Below, in pieces: positions 12,772 through 27,285 of a stretch of 64,000 nucleotides of DNA. The notes below the pieces were generated by a model. That model saw only the letters and a list, made by a program, of their open reading frames with translations, searched no databases and was not told the origin of the DNA. Each line of letters opens with the position of its first letter. The first letter of the stretch is position 1. Both the position numbers and the translations under genes were made by a program. Origin of the DNA: Eledone cirrhosa (Eukaryota); assembly GCA_964016885.1 (NCBI GenBank), contig OZ024740.1:347262001-347326000 (forward strand). Reading direction: 5' to 3'.

Positions 12772-13054
12772 TAGAAATTGATTGATTATATATATCTAAA
12801 ATTAACATATGAAACAATCACAGAGAATAATTTGTAAAGTGTGTAAGCACACATAGCTAGGTAGGTAACTAATTAAAGTTTAACTAGAACTTTAAATATA
12901 GATACCTTTTAAAATGATAAGGTTTATATATTTAAAGTTCTAGTTAAACTTTAATTAGTTACCTACCTAGCTGTGTGTGCTTACACACTTTACAAATTAT
13001 TCCGTGATTGTTTCATATGTTTATTTTAGATATATATATGTCAATCAATTTCTA
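12772..13054. repeat. Long near-perfect palindrome (arms about 135 bp, spacer about 10 bp)
   Basis: tagaaattgattga...ctaggtaggtaactaattaaagtttaactagaactttaaatata is mirrored after 12919. Confidence 0.9.
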
Positions 13055-13066
13055 GTTGATATAAAA

Positions 13067-13152
<86 letters not shown>

Positions 13153-13328
13153 TAAGGTCAGATACTACGTCGCCAAAATACCAGATACCTAGCTTGATCT
13201 TCAGTCAGTACCGAGGGAAATAAAATGGAAAACGAATATATATGTAGTTATGAAAAATCAGGTTATATCCAACGTTGGTAGAGCACTCAGTTCAAAGGAT
13301 GAGTTTGGTATAGAATTGTTGTGGAATT

Positions 13329-13411
<83 letters not shown>

Positions 13412-13480
13412 GAAAGACACATAGATACACATATACATCCCCACCATACACACATACACACACACTCACACGCACACGCG

Positions 13481-13515
<35 letters not shown>

Positions 13516-13567
13516 GTGTGTAAATTCATACTCACATTTTTTTATGTATATATATATATATATAAAT

Positions 13568-13598
<31 letters not shown>

Positions 13599-14986
13599 CA
13601 TATTTGTATGTATAGATAAATGCGTACATATATTATTTGTGTGTTTATATGAAAGCGTATGTTGTTATCCGTTATATTTCTCTAGCTTCAATCAGAATGT
13701 ATAGCAACCGAGATTGAAATACGAAATTCAATGTGTTTATGAAAAGTACGCAAGTGATAACCGGATGTTTTAGCTAGCTGTTTGTGGGACGAAATTGGAA
13801 ATGGCATCGACTTACCAACTATATTTATTTACAGTGTCTCCTGATAGCCAAGCCATTGTATCTTGCTGGCGCAGTATCATGTGACACGTTCGTTTGTTAG
13901 AACCGTGTTTGCCTGTGCGCAGCGATAAGAGATAATCCATAGGCTTTCGACAGAACAGCATATAACTCGACAGAGCGAATCTGCGGATAAATACAGTGAT
14001 ATTTATACATGTCTCGTCCGGTCAACCACTCCGGTCTCGTCTGAACATCGCTCAGAGTAGAGGACTTGTGTATTAGAAGTTCACCGGGAAAATTCTCACA
14101 AACGTTAGACAATAATCTGCACAACCCAGGTTTATTAGTGGACATACCTACTCAGATTGGAGGTTATGATAGTTTTGTTTACATTGTTGGTGTGGAGACT
14201 TGTATTGGCGAGGGTGTCGAAATGGTGTCAATGGTTTTGGTGGGGCTTATGATTATATTGTTGAGGAGTTCGGAGGCGAAGGTGATGATAATAATAATAG
14301 TCGTGGATATTGTGTTAGTGATTGTTGTTGTTGTGATGATACGATGGTAGTATTAGTTGTAATTGTGCTGGTATTGTTAGTGGTGGTGGTGATGATCGCT
14401 GAGATTATAATAGAGATTATGGTGGTGGTTTGGTTATTAAATTACTGGGTGATGGTGGTTGATATGATACAGATTTTTCTTCCTTTAGTTGTAGTCGATG
14501 TATACGTGGTGGTGATAGTGCAAAATGTGGCAATAATGTTCGTCATAGTGGTGGTTCAGTTGATAGATGGCCGTACCTGCGATGGTTGTTGTGATTGTTT
14601 GCGTAGCAGAATTGGTGGTGGTGAATGGCGGTGGTTTGGATTAGTAATTGGGATATGTCAGCTAGTATCAGACAGTGAAGTAAAGTATTAACAGAGTGAT
14701 TGGGAAAGAAAAGGAGAAAAGATAACGATCAAACCAAAATCAGTACTTTTGATGCCACACTCAAATAGTATTTTCAGACGCTGTAGGAATGATGAAGAAA
14801 CCGAAAGCAACAACATTAAGAAAAACATACACAATGGGATACAATAATAGCAAGAGCACAGCTTTACGCCAACAATAAAAACTATAAAAATAACAAAATG
14901 AGTAAGGAACACAAAGACAACAATAGCAAAAGTAATACGAATGTATGTATGTCTTGGCTTAACGACTGCAGTTTTTAACCCCTATA

Positions 14987-15017
<31 letters not shown>

Positions 15018-15024
<7 letters not shown>

Positions 15025-15693
15025 ATACTTGGGGAGGGTCATATTTGTGTAATAATATTGCCAGAATTAATAACAGAACACACTCACTTTTTGGTTGGTT
15101 TTCGCTTCTGTGTATTTTATATCGGTTAATTTAATTTATTCGTTCCTCAATGTTACCATTTACTAACCAACGGTCAAAAATACAGATATAATATAGACAC
15201 AAACACATATATATAGTCTAACAAAGTTATTTTGTTGCATATCTGCAACATCGTCAGTGATGCTATTATGTTTCCTCCCGTTGTATTGTATGCCTACGCC
15301 ATCTTTATTTAGTCTGTTTATTTATTTTTATTGTTTTTGTCTTCTCTGCGCATGCGTTTGCGTGTGTGTATAGTGTTTGATGTGTTCGTGTTTGGGTGAC
15401 TGTGTATTGGTTATTGTATTCTATTTTAGTTTACTAGTGTGTGTTTATAACTGTTTGTTGTTATTGTGCTTGTGTATGTATTTATTTGGTCAGTCAATGG
15501 TAACATTGAGGACCGAATAAAAAAATTAAATTAACCGATATAAAAGACACAGAAGCGAAAACCAACCAAACAGTGAGTGTTTTATTAATTCTGGCAATAT
15601 TATTACACAAATATGACCCTCACCAAGTATAACAATATTTGTTTCGACACACGATTTCATATAAAAAAACCTCGCAAAACTAATTCATCGCCG
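15018..15693. mobile_element. Inverted-repeat unit (family D pLTR): arms 15018-15170 and 15486-15638, HHR-like extension to 15693 on the minus strand
   Basis: The arms are reverse complements. Minus strand reads cgatgaattagttttgcgagg...gtcGAAACAAataTTGTTatac. Related pieces at 47726-47829 (CTGATGA at 47729) and 52407-52468. Confidence 0.75.
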
Positions 15694-15849
15694 TTATATA
15701 TATATATATATACTAGCATAGTACTCGTAAACAGTTCTTTTATTCTAGCGTCCTTTCAGAAACTCATAACCTTTGTGCTTGAAGCTGTAATACATTTTAT
15801 TATAATTTTCACTGGCAGCTTCGGGTTTTACCTTCTTGGTGTAAATACT

Positions 15850-16125
15850 GCCGTGTTTAGCTTTGCTTTTCATCCTTACAGGGTCGAAAAATTAAAGTAA
15901 AGCATTCGGGTACAGTTAATCCTCTTTCACCTTCCCCAAAATTATTGGCTTCGTGCCTAAATCAGAACCCATTATTTTCACATGCCTAAGGGTGGTGAAT
16001 TGGCAGTGTCGCTAGAGAGACCAACTGGCTTTGCAACATAAAGTTACATCCCTTTACGTTCTGATTTCCATTCCAGCTGAGATTAGCTTTGCCTTTCATC
16101 TTTACGGGGTCGATAAAATAAAGCA
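15850..16125 (+). mobile_element. Two diverged SINE fragments (same family)
   Basis: ctttgcttttcatccttacagggtcgaaaa... at about 15860, and ggtggtgaattggcagtgtc...gcctttcatctttacggggtcgataaaata at 15990-16125. Confidence 0.7.
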
Positions 16126-16291
16126 TTGAGTTCTCACATTCTTGCCTCCTCCAATAATCACAAAATTACTGAATAATATACAAAGCTACACTATATACAA
16201 ATTCAAACACACGCGCACACACACATACAGGTACACAAACACACACATACAGACACACATAAACACACACACATATTTCCTCTTTTACCTG

Positions 16292-16336
16292 TTCCTGATG
16301 ATTTCTCCAGAATGAAACAGATCTAGTCCTGTAGAA
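16292..16336 (+). ncRNA. Minimal type I hammerhead, family B
   Basis: TTC-CTGATGA-tTTC-tcca-GAAt-GAA-ACAG-atctagtc-CTGT-A-GAA. Followed by the family tail (tatactctgttatg..ttgagta..ttacttactg.ggttacc..cgatt.aacccgg) to about 16420. Confidence 0.75.
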
Positions 16337-16436
16337 GCGATTTCTATATTAAATATTTATACTCTGTTATGTTTTGAGTATCTTACTTACTGTTGTTACC
16401 CCCGATTGAACCCGGGATAAACCAATGTATATATCG

Positions 16437-17089
16437 CCATCTTAAGCGTCTGACGACATATTCGCTTTTTGTAGGAGGAGCTTTTGGTAAACATGGTTGG
16501 AGGGAGTTGGAATGTTCTTCAGGGAGTAATCCAGTTCCTATAAATCCATACTGACGTTCATGAGACGCAAAATTGTGTAGGACACGAGGATATAGAGAGC
16601 GCTGTCAGGGTAGTAAGCCAAACTCGCACGTGGTGAAGAATCTGCTAAAAGCGAAACTTCTACGTAGTGAAGAGAATCTGCTGACCGGTGCTGGAGACGT
16701 AAATAGTGGTGGAACACTGTAAGGTAATATCTCTAGTGGTAGAGCACTCAGTCCATGGGACGAGTTAGGTAGTGATTGCCTAAACACGAGAAATGAATTT
16801 TTCACACGTTGTCCACACGTCACCAAACACCTATTGCATAACTACAAGGCTCCGGACTGATTCTTTGTAATTTTATTTTCAGCCTAAAAACTTTTCGGAC
16901 TTTCGCAGTTATCTCCCTTACATATCTCGCACGCAGTCTAGTTTTGCCTGTGTGAAGTGACCGGGTTTTTGCACATGCGCGTTGGTACAGTTGTCCTCCC
17001 TGTTCCTATAACCATGCCCATTCCGAGCTGAGGATCCGGTAAGGTGAAACAATCGTTCTCGGTATGGTGAACTAACTGTTGTGTAACCA

Positions 17090-17092
<3 letters not shown>
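16437..17092. mobile_element. Naiad-type PLE remnant (family C): inverted 5'/ORF-start segment on minus joined to a sense pLTR with HHR
   Basis: Minus 16437-16550 translates (with a frameshift) as DYSLKNIPTPSNHVYQKLLLQK/EYVVRRLRW, a Naiad-like N-terminal motif from recall. 16736-16772 is antisense to 22376-22410. HHR at 17023. Confidence 0.7.
17023..17062 (+). ncRNA. Minimal type I hammerhead, family C
   Basis: CCGAG-CTGAGGA-tCC-ggtaa-GGt-GAA-AC-aatc-GT-T-CTCGG, with a perfect 5-bp stem I. Confidence 0.75.
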
Positions 17093-17158
<66 letters not shown>

Positions 17159-17197
17159 AGGAAGTTATAGTTCACTTGAAGCATTGTGTGATGAGGT

Positions 17198-17608
17198 ATA
17201 AACGTTTGTATTTGTAAAGCTAAAACAATGCAGGTATGAACATAGAATACAGAATGCAAATGCAAAAGATATTGTTGACAATTAGTCCTTTACGTTAAAT
17301 TTATTTAAATGTCCTTAATTTTCGAGATAATATCTCTTCTTCGGAGGGAAGTAAAGCGGTTAAACCAGTGTTCTAAATAGCTTGCCAAGTCATGCTGACA
17401 TTTCCTGTCAGCCTGACTTGGCAAGCTATTTAGAACACTGATTTAACCGCTTTACTTCCCTCCGAAGAAAAGATATTATCTCGAAAATTAAGGACATTTA
17501 AATAAATCTAAGGTAAAAGACTAATTGTCAACAATATCTTTTGCATTCGCATTCTTTATTCTATGTCCATACCTGCATTGTCTTGGCTTTACAAATACAA
17601 ACGTTTAT
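17198..17608. repeat. About 410-bp near-perfect palindrome, 5-nt centre (tttcc, 17401-17405), each arm with an HHR-like half-site
   Basis: The arms are reverse complements with scattered mismatches. Left arm (minus) has CCGAAGA-a-GAGAT-att-ATCTC-GAAA; the right arm has one stem mismatch. Confidence 0.9.
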
Positions 17609-17625
17609 ATATATATAGAGAGAGA

Positions 17626-17710
<85 letters not shown>

Positions 17711-19466
17711 ATCAAAAGATGGTTAAAAGAGTTCCATGTATTTTATTATGCGCATTTCAATAACAAATATCATCATGCGATAACATTTGCGTTTTCGTCA
17801 GATAAAATAGGGAGACATGACATGAAGGTTAAAAAACACTTGTGAATAGTGCAGTTTTAAATCAACATATGAAAAGTAGTTTTAGATTGATGTGTGATAT
17901 TGTGAAAAAAATTGAGGGGGGGGGGATGAAAAACAGGAGGAGATGAGAGTAAAAAGTGGAGGAGGGGGAGTATAATGAGGAAGGATGAGTTAGGAGGAGA
18001 GATGGGTGATAGAGAGACAAACTGTAGAGTGCTACTTATCCGATATCTGCATTACTACAATAAAACTCGCCTCCTACATATATATATATATATATATTAT
18101 AAGCATGCCTATATCAATAGAACCATATAAATTCAAACGTGGCTAAATTTATGAGCTCTTGAGTAGCTATGGAAGTATGCGCACGAAGGTTTCTATTCAC
18201 ATTTGATCCGAGTGGATCGAATTCATTTGTTCCACACATACTTTGTGGAAAGTCATTATAATCATATTTTCCACTCTTACCCCATATAAATGTTTGTACG
18301 TACTAAATTAGGCAAATAATATATGTACACCTGAGGACATATCTTACTAAATCATTTGTATTTTCGCCTCATTACGATGATTGACAGCCAAATAAAGTGG
18401 AGAACTTCAATATAGAAACAACATCCATTCATCAAAGCAACAAATGGTGATTTGTTCTATTAAACCTTTTTAGTCTAATATTGCTGGCTTTCGTGGCAAA
18501 GCCAGAAGGCGATTATGTTTTCTCAGATGAAATTATCTTAAATTTCCTCTGACTTAAGAAGATTCGAACGTAAGAAACACTTTATAAAGTGCGAAGATGA
18601 CCCAAGGTAGGTTAAATCAATCCAGGTTAAAATTATTATCACCTCATTAATCATCAATTAGTTCACTCGCAGAAAACTCTACTAACGGTTATTCAGTTAC
18701 CGAGCTTCACCATTTTCAGAAACGAAGGACGGGCGTTATTTCATACATCGGATGAAAAAGAAGAAAAACACAAAAACAAAAGGAAATCTATATTATGATA
18801 CAAAACGGATTTAAGTGTCCCTTTTTTCTTTTTTCTTTTAGGCTCTTTCTTTTATGCATACGTGTATATATATTTATGTTTATGTACAGTTTGCATATTT
18901 CTATTTTGTTTCTTAATTATATTTTAGCCGTTAATCCGATTATAAGATTAAACTGTTGTTAGTAGAATCTTCAATTTCCTCGATGGAATATACTACCCTT
19001 TAAAATAATTTCTAGTGGTCCGATTAATAATCTATGCTTATAAATATATAAATACATTGTTAAATGCTTCTGTGTTTATACATACAGTGGATATATAAAC
19101 ATCTATGTATATAAATATATATTATATATATATATAAGTGTGGTGTGAGTGTGTGTGTATGTATATATACGGGGGCATGTTTGTGTGTAAGAGAGGGAAA
19201 GAGAGAGTGTGTGTGTGTGTCTATGTTTTAGTCTGAGACTCGCGTCTCCCAGAATGGGCATGTGCTTCTTTCCATGCATTTGAATGTGATTAGTTGTGTG
19301 GTAATTCCTAGAATATTGTAGTGTTGTCATTATTATACTCTATTCATCCAAATTCTCCGAACTCAGGCAAACTCGGGAACAGTAAAACTGAAATGAAATT
19401 TCCTATAAGGGAATAGGAGATGGAGATAAAAGTAAATAACACATGGTATATACAAACACACAAACA

Positions 19467-19540
<74 letters not shown>

Positions 19541-19900
19541 GAGAGAGAAAAAGAATTGTATGTGTACGTGCGTATGTATGTGTGTATGTGTGTGTGTGTG
19601 TGTGTGCAATAATCAATAAAAACTCTTAGAAAAAAACTATTGGAGCAAATGTTCTTGTCATTACATTTTTTCCTGTCCGTGTATTTACCTAGAAGATTAT
19701 GGACTTTGGTCTTTTCACGACTTAATCTCTATACTAGAATGGTTCCTTCCAGGAATCAGTGAGGATATTTTTTCTTTTCTTTCGCTATTTTATTTTGTTA
19801 TTTATTATTTATTCTATTGTTTCCTTCGTTTTCTTTCGCTATCTTCTTAATTTCATGTTAGCTGTTTAGCATTCTATGTGTGTGTTTCAATCTCCTAAAC

Positions 19901-20052
<152 letters not shown>

Positions 20053-20117
20053 GTATATATATATGTGTGTGTGTTTGTGAGTGTATGGGTGTATCTATCG
20101 TAGTTGTATACGTATAA

Positions 20118-20225
<108 letters not shown>

Positions 20226-20716
20226 GTGTGATTGTGTGCGTGTAAGAGAGGGAGAAAATTCGTGTGTGTCTATCTATCTATTTCGCTCTAGCTGCATCTG
20301 CGTGTATTTGCCAGGGATTAAATGAATTTGAAGCCACACCACAAAATCTCAGATGTGGTTTTAGTTACACCAAGTGTAATATGCTATCCGATTGTTCTGT
20401 CGTTGCCGAACCCAAACTCAAGACACCAAAACCCTAAATCAAACACAAAAGTAAAATAATAACTATAGAATTGAAAATGAATTATTTAAAAAATAAATCA
20501 AACTAGATATAAAGCAATGGATATTGATCAAGTTATTGTTGTTTGAATGCGAATCCCTACATAACCCAAACACATACTGTCGGAACAATCTTTAAGCGCC
20601 ATATGCGAACGTGGATTGATTGCTGGATTTGTGGTGGAAATACCACAAGACGAAACTTAAGACAAATTGTTAAATATGTCAGAAAAATTACAATTTATAC
20701 TCGGCTGTTTGGATAA

Positions 20717-20908
20717 GGGCGGTGGGTTGCAGTGTCGGTAGTGGGTTGGACGCCAAGCATAGCAGCAAAGATTTACGGCCCTTTACGGTCTGAGTTCAAA
20801 TCTCGCCGATGTTAACTTTGCCTTTCATCCTTTTGGGGTCGATAAAATAAAGTACCACTAATGCACTGGAATAATTGCTGGCCTTGTGCCAAAAGTAGAA
20901 ACAAATAT
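20717..20908 (+). mobile_element. tRNA-derived SINE, full length
   Basis: gggcggtgggttgcagtgtcggtag...gagttcaaatc...ggggtcgataaaataaagtacc...gtagaaac. Confidence 0.9.
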
Positions 20909-21059
20909 TTAGTTGGCTCTCATAGCTCCCTTCTTTCTACTCTCTCTTTCCCTCTCTTTTTCTAGCTCCCAATCTTCTTCATAAACTCACATGTCTGGCT
21001 ATATACAACAGCCATTTTCGATATACACACTCTCATACACACAAACGCACACACACATA

Positions 21060-21090
<31 letters not shown>

Positions 21091-21099
21091 TCTTTATTA

Positions 21100-21200
21100 T
21101 GGCTAATTGATGAGTCTTGTTACTCTGGAGTTTCACCTGTAAACGCATATGATCCTGTGAGTACACAGGTGAAACTCCAGAGTAAAAACTCAATAAATAA
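21100..21200. repeat. Short fold-back with HHR 3'-half motif
   Basis: tactctggagtttcacctgt (21121-21140) and acaggtgaaactccagagta (21165-21184); GAA-ACTC-ca-GAGT-A. Confidence 0.6.
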
Positions 21201-21349
21201 TTAAATTCTGTTTCGCTGTTGAGTATGCATCCTCACGTCTGGCAACATCACACGTATTTCCATATAGTGTATTGATTGTGTTGTTATTTCTGTTTATCTT
21301 TTAATTCACATACACACACACACACACACACACACATACACATACACAC

Positions 21350-21402
<53 letters not shown>

Positions 21403-21700
21403 AAGAATGATTAATAAAACAGGTAGACATCATAAAAAGGTAATTTATTCCGAGTGCTTAAAAATGTTTCTTTAGTAGTTACACAGCCTAATCATTGTAG
21501 TTATTTATTTGCAGATACTCAATTTTCAAATGCAGAAGAATCGGAAACCGAGTTTCTTTAACTGTTCTTTCATAACTCGTTGAGTAACCCCTCACCGTAC
21601 GTCGACTCTATCTAGTGTAGTAATTAACCATTACTGCATTCAGGATAATCCTAAGCATTTCTTGCATAACCTAATATATATATACATATATATATATATA

Positions 21701-21882
21701 ATAATTGTTTCCAATTTAGGCACAAGGCTAGCAATTACCCAGCGCATTACTGGTACTTTATTTTATCGACGCCGTAAGGATGAAAGGCAAAGTAAACCTC
21801 GGCGGGATTTGAACTCAGACCGTAAAGGGACGTAATTGTTTGCTGCTATGCATGGCGTCCGACTCTCTACCGATACTGCCAA
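21701..21882 (-). mobile_element. tRNA-derived SINE
   Basis: Reverse complement of the family consensus. Confidence 0.9.
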
Positions 21883-22118
21883 ATAATAATACTATTTATA
21901 GTTATGTATATAGTATAAACAACTATAAACAAGAAGGTCAGTAATATCTTATTACCTTATTACCAGTAAGAGAAATAGCTCAATGTATGAACATCAGTTG
22001 TTTTACAGAGCAGGAAAATAAATAAACTATACAATTATCAAAGTTGTGTTCAAATCATTTAATAGCTGACAATCGTTTCTTCCAAACTCTCGTTTGGAGT
22101 CAATGGAGTCAATTTATT

Positions 22119-22413
<295 letters not shown>

Positions 22414-22451
22414 CGGCTATAGCCCACCAGTGTTCTACTATATGTATATTT

Positions 22452-22518
<67 letters not shown>

Positions 22519-22616
22519 CATACAGTAGAACACTGGTGGGCTATATCCGTATATATATATATATGTATTGCAAACAAATCGAATATTATTATTAATATTC
22601 GAAAAACTCAGATTAC

Positions 22617-22706
<90 letters not shown>

Positions 22707-22749
22707 AGACACAAAGCCGGTTTTGGTTACAAACAGCTAGCGAATTGGA

Positions 22750-23300
22750 AAATGATGTAGTAACATGTGCATTTAGCCAAATTTGTCTGGTCTTTGAGAA
22801 AAAATATATTAATATGTGGGCCAAGATGGTATTAGATCCAAAATAAACATTAATCCAGCACATTTTTTTTCAACCAAAGTTTCTAGAACATTTTGTGTGG
22901 ATTCTATAGTCTTTTTACGCATTTGTATCTTCCGATATTTTCTCCTACCTTTATTTCAGTTTGACATCACTTCCTGTACACCAGCTAATGATTTATGTTC
23001 TGGCCATCAGGCGAAATCAAAACCGATTCCAATAGACTGCTACCAGATCATCGTTATTTGTTCGTTCTTTTAAAAGATATGGTCAAATACAATACATCAT
23101 GAGGCAGTGATAAGTGATGTCCTTCATCATACGTTGTATTTCTCCATCCCTCCTCCAGCACATTACAAATTGTAGCACCATCAATCATAGCGACATACAA
23201 TCTAAACTCGATTTTCGTTCACGACATATCTATACTTGCTCCATTTGTAATCGTGTTCTCTCCCGGGAAACTGTTCCTATCAACTCACCAAGCCACCATC
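22750..23300 (+). pseudogene. Highly decayed RTE-like LINE 3' region (tentative)
   Basis: DGIRSKI (cf. GIRLxTK), a GH..R-like segment near 23000, and terminal YTCSICNRVLSR (cf. the C-terminal CxxCxR zinc motif of RTE ORFs). Confidence 0.35.
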
Positions 23301-23361
23301 CACTATCCCACCTCACCCTGAACTATGTTATATGTGTAAATGTACGTATATACATACATAC

Positions 23362-23450
<89 letters not shown>

Positions 23451-23774
23451 TATCTATATTCATACATATAAATGTATATTGCGTGTGTAGATGTTCACAT
23501 ATTCGATGACACATGTACTAATACATGCATGGTACACACATACGAACACACACACGCATACATCAATACAAGTAGAGAGAGGGTAGAGGGAGAGAGCGAG
23601 AAGCGAAGAAAGTGAGGTAAATAATACGTACAAAACTAAAATACATGTGTATCTGTCGAACACATCTATAATAGATGAGTATGAGTATATATATGTGAGT
23701 CTTTAAATGTAGCTATATGTTTAAATATGCAAGCTTCGTGTCTATATACATATGTATGTATGTATATATATATA

Positions 23775-23866
23775 CAGGATGTCTCAAATAATGTATACAC
23801 ACTTAAACAGCATTCTAATAAATATTGCCTGTACAGTTAATCAAAGTGTGTATACATTTTTGGGGA
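23775..23866. mobile_element. Tc1/mariner-type MITE, right end damaged
   Basis: ta-caggatgtctcaaataatgtatacacactt ... aagtgtgtatacatttttgggga; same family as 62329-62405. Confidence 0.65.
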
Positions 23867-25473
23867 TGTATATATATATATATATACATGTGTGTGTTTA
23901 TTTACGTGTGTTTGTGTATGGATGTGTCCGTGTAATTATTTATGTATATGTGTTAATGTTTCTATGTACGTTTGTTTATCTCGTCTATATATCTCTTTCT
24001 CTGTGTGTATAAATATGGCTTTTTACATGGACATCTCTAGTACAACATCACCGTTTTAATAAATTTATGAAATACAACTATCTGAAAATAGGTTAATTCA
24101 AATATCAATTTTAATATTTTACTTATATAAAAATATTCGTTTTGTTGTGATTTCCATGTATTTTATATTTATTTATTTCACAAGGAGCCTTAATTAGATG
24201 AATTGAAACTGTGAGTTTGACCTATTCAATGTGACGGCGCTTTTAATTGTCTTATACGAAATATTTAGTTTCACAATGAGGTTGTTCTCTTGTTTGAATA
24301 CATATCCATTCGTAGCAGTTTTGTCCGCTGAGCGCAGCCCAAACATCACCGCGCCCAAGGCCCAGAGTCCATCACCCTCTCCCCATTCGTCCTTCCTCTC
24401 TTCTGTGGCCAAAGATTCCATGTCCCCTCTTTCTTCTCGTTTATGGCATTTATAGTCCTTTCCTCTACCTTTTCATATAGCCAGATCTCCCCTTTATATC
24501 TTTCCCATTACTTAATTTTATTTTTATCTCTCTTTTTCATATTTATGTAATTATCAATGGCTTTTAAGCCAACTTTGTGAATTTAATTTGAATAAAATGT
24601 CTGCTTTCATATACAACTGGTATGTATTTTGTTGAACCTGGCCAAAAGCAATGAAATCTAAATGACACCAGTCCCTGTGTACTTTTAGCGTGAATAAATA
24701 TGATGAATTATTTCCTCCTAATTCTCGTTTCTGCCATTCTCCATGCCAATTGTGTTTGGTATTTATATTCTAAATTTGGTTTATTCCCCGGAAGGCCAGA
24801 TCCAAATTCGAGCATACCTATTACCACAGGCATTCCATCCAAGATAATCATATCCAGGCGCAGCATATCTCGAATCGAGATTGCGATTTAAGGAAGATGT
24901 TTCTGAGACATCTAGCAAATCAGTTGACTATGTAGAAGCTAAAGAATGATAAGAAATCTGCTCATACATAACATTCTCCCTTGTTCTTTTTAACTGACTG
25001 AGACGGCAACATTATTTTGGTTTTTTGACATACGTAGAACAAATGTTCTTTTTCTGGAAGACATAAATGCTAGTCTGCATGGGAATAAATAGAAATTTAC
25101 CAGAATCCCCAAAACGTGTCTCCAATGACACAATAGTCCTACTAACGACATTATTTCTTTTAATTTCATTCTTTCTCGTAGATATGTGTTCATACTTCAT
25201 AGAACTCAGTTTTGGTTTCAGTTCCTCCTAGAAACAGTAATATATAACAGTATTTAATATATTTATGTACGCCAATTCAAATACAGGTTTTTGATGGATT
25301 GTTCGGAGGATGCAGGGTACTATTTTATGCCGGCTTTCGGAGTCTCAGAGATCTCAGAAATATTAATTAAGTTAGTCTCATCTGATGCAGTACTACGTGT
25401 TAACTTTATTTGTTACATCATTGTACAGCATTGCTATTCTTTGTTGATTTTCGCATGCATATGTATGTGATGC

Positions 25474-25574
<101 letters not shown>

Positions 25575-27285
25575 ATTTTTGTATGGATGTATACATAGAG
25601 TGATATGAAATAGTCAGTGAGAGTGAGAGATAATTAATCAAAGACGGAGCTTAGTCTTTTATAGTTAAACAAAGCTTCACACGGAAAACAACGAAACACA
25701 TAGGACTAACAAATATAAAAGATCACTCTGCCTCGTCTATCAAACTCTTCGGCAACGCAATATCATACATAATGGAGGAATTGTATCATATTGAGCTTAG
25801 GTTATATGACGGCATGAACAAGCCGGCAAATAGATGCATCATTGACAACATAACAAAAAAAAGTGTCTGGAGGAACCATCAGAGTGTCATTCGATTTGAA
25901 AAATGTCTTACTATTAGAAAAAGTGCAGAATGCGACGAAGGGTATTAGCGACACTGACCTGAGAGCCAATATAAGTGTCATCTCAGTATTATCTAGGATA
26001 ATATAAGTTTTGACGCCATTCTTTATAAACTTTATCGTTTTTCTAATTTGACTTTGATCCCTCTATGTCATTTATAGAATTATAATTAGTATTAGTACAT
26101 GGTTCGTTGTTTTAGAATAGAATTAAACATTTTCTTTCTTTGCAATATAAATATATATTGAATAAATAAATACACAATAAATTAGCACACATTGGAAATA
26201 CATTAATTGCAAAACGTTGTACCATTTTATATAAACGTGACTCCAAATTCAATTTATGTTGGGTATTTCTTTTTATTTCAAAGAATTTCAATTTAGACAG
26301 CAGTTTTTGTACAGTATACAGTTGTACCATTGGGAAATCTATGGCGTCATCTCATTCTAGTAAATTAACGCTTTTGCAAATGTCCTTACGATAAAATGAT
26401 CCCACAATCCTGCATCAACAACATGGCAGTTTGTGTGGAAACACTGGGGAAGGGAGATGAATGCAACATTTCGACAAACTTTACCCCTGACCTTTGTTTA
26501 CTTACATTACAAACATGGATCTAATGAAGACATGCAGGATGATAGAAAAAAGTTTGAAAAATACCAGTCATTTAATTCGGCTTTCTGTTGATTAGAATAT
26601 CCATCTCCTTCAAACACCGCCGGCTTGTTATGCTGCGAAGGAAAACACTGATACTTCATCATCTATATTCCATGATTATGAGAAGTCGTGTGGCAGACAC
26701 ATTTTTCCAAAGATTATTTCTTTAATCAAGGGTTAGACTTTAGTCAAGGGAAAGGAAATACTGTGTGTATAGCATCTGGAATGTTTTCGTGGACTCAAAG
26801 TTTTTCCAGGTAAGACAAGGCTGGTAATGCATCGGTACTCTTACGTCTTATATTGGGTTACTAGTGGTCAAAAGCAGTGGCCTTCTTATGGAGATTTTAA
26901 ACATCAATGAATATAACTACAAAGTGTATTTACAAAACCCTAAACTTTCAGTGCAAACTAAGATTATTGCCAGTTCGAAATGAATAAACCCATCCCAGAA
27001 TTGCCCTCAGCAGCTCATATCTGAAATCTACTCAAAGCGGGGACGAAACGATTCTATATACATTCTGTTATTATCCGAGCCTTGAAGTGATCTATATATC
27101 AGCCGTATGCATCAAGCATCACCGGCCACTTTATTTGTCCTGAAAAGACATGCACAGTTCTTCTGCCAGGTATATTTGGCAGAAATATCGTATGATGAAT
27201 ATTTCTCTCTATAAAGTGTTTGAAACAAGCAATAGCAATAGCTGCAAACTTTAGCAGATTAATAGCTTTATTCGATATAGATAAT

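Noticed and set aside
14066-14691. Val/Ile-rich ORFs resembling membrane proteins (also 37597-37857)
   Set aside because: Decayed (GGT/GTT/GAT)n low-complexity sequence with no domain signature.
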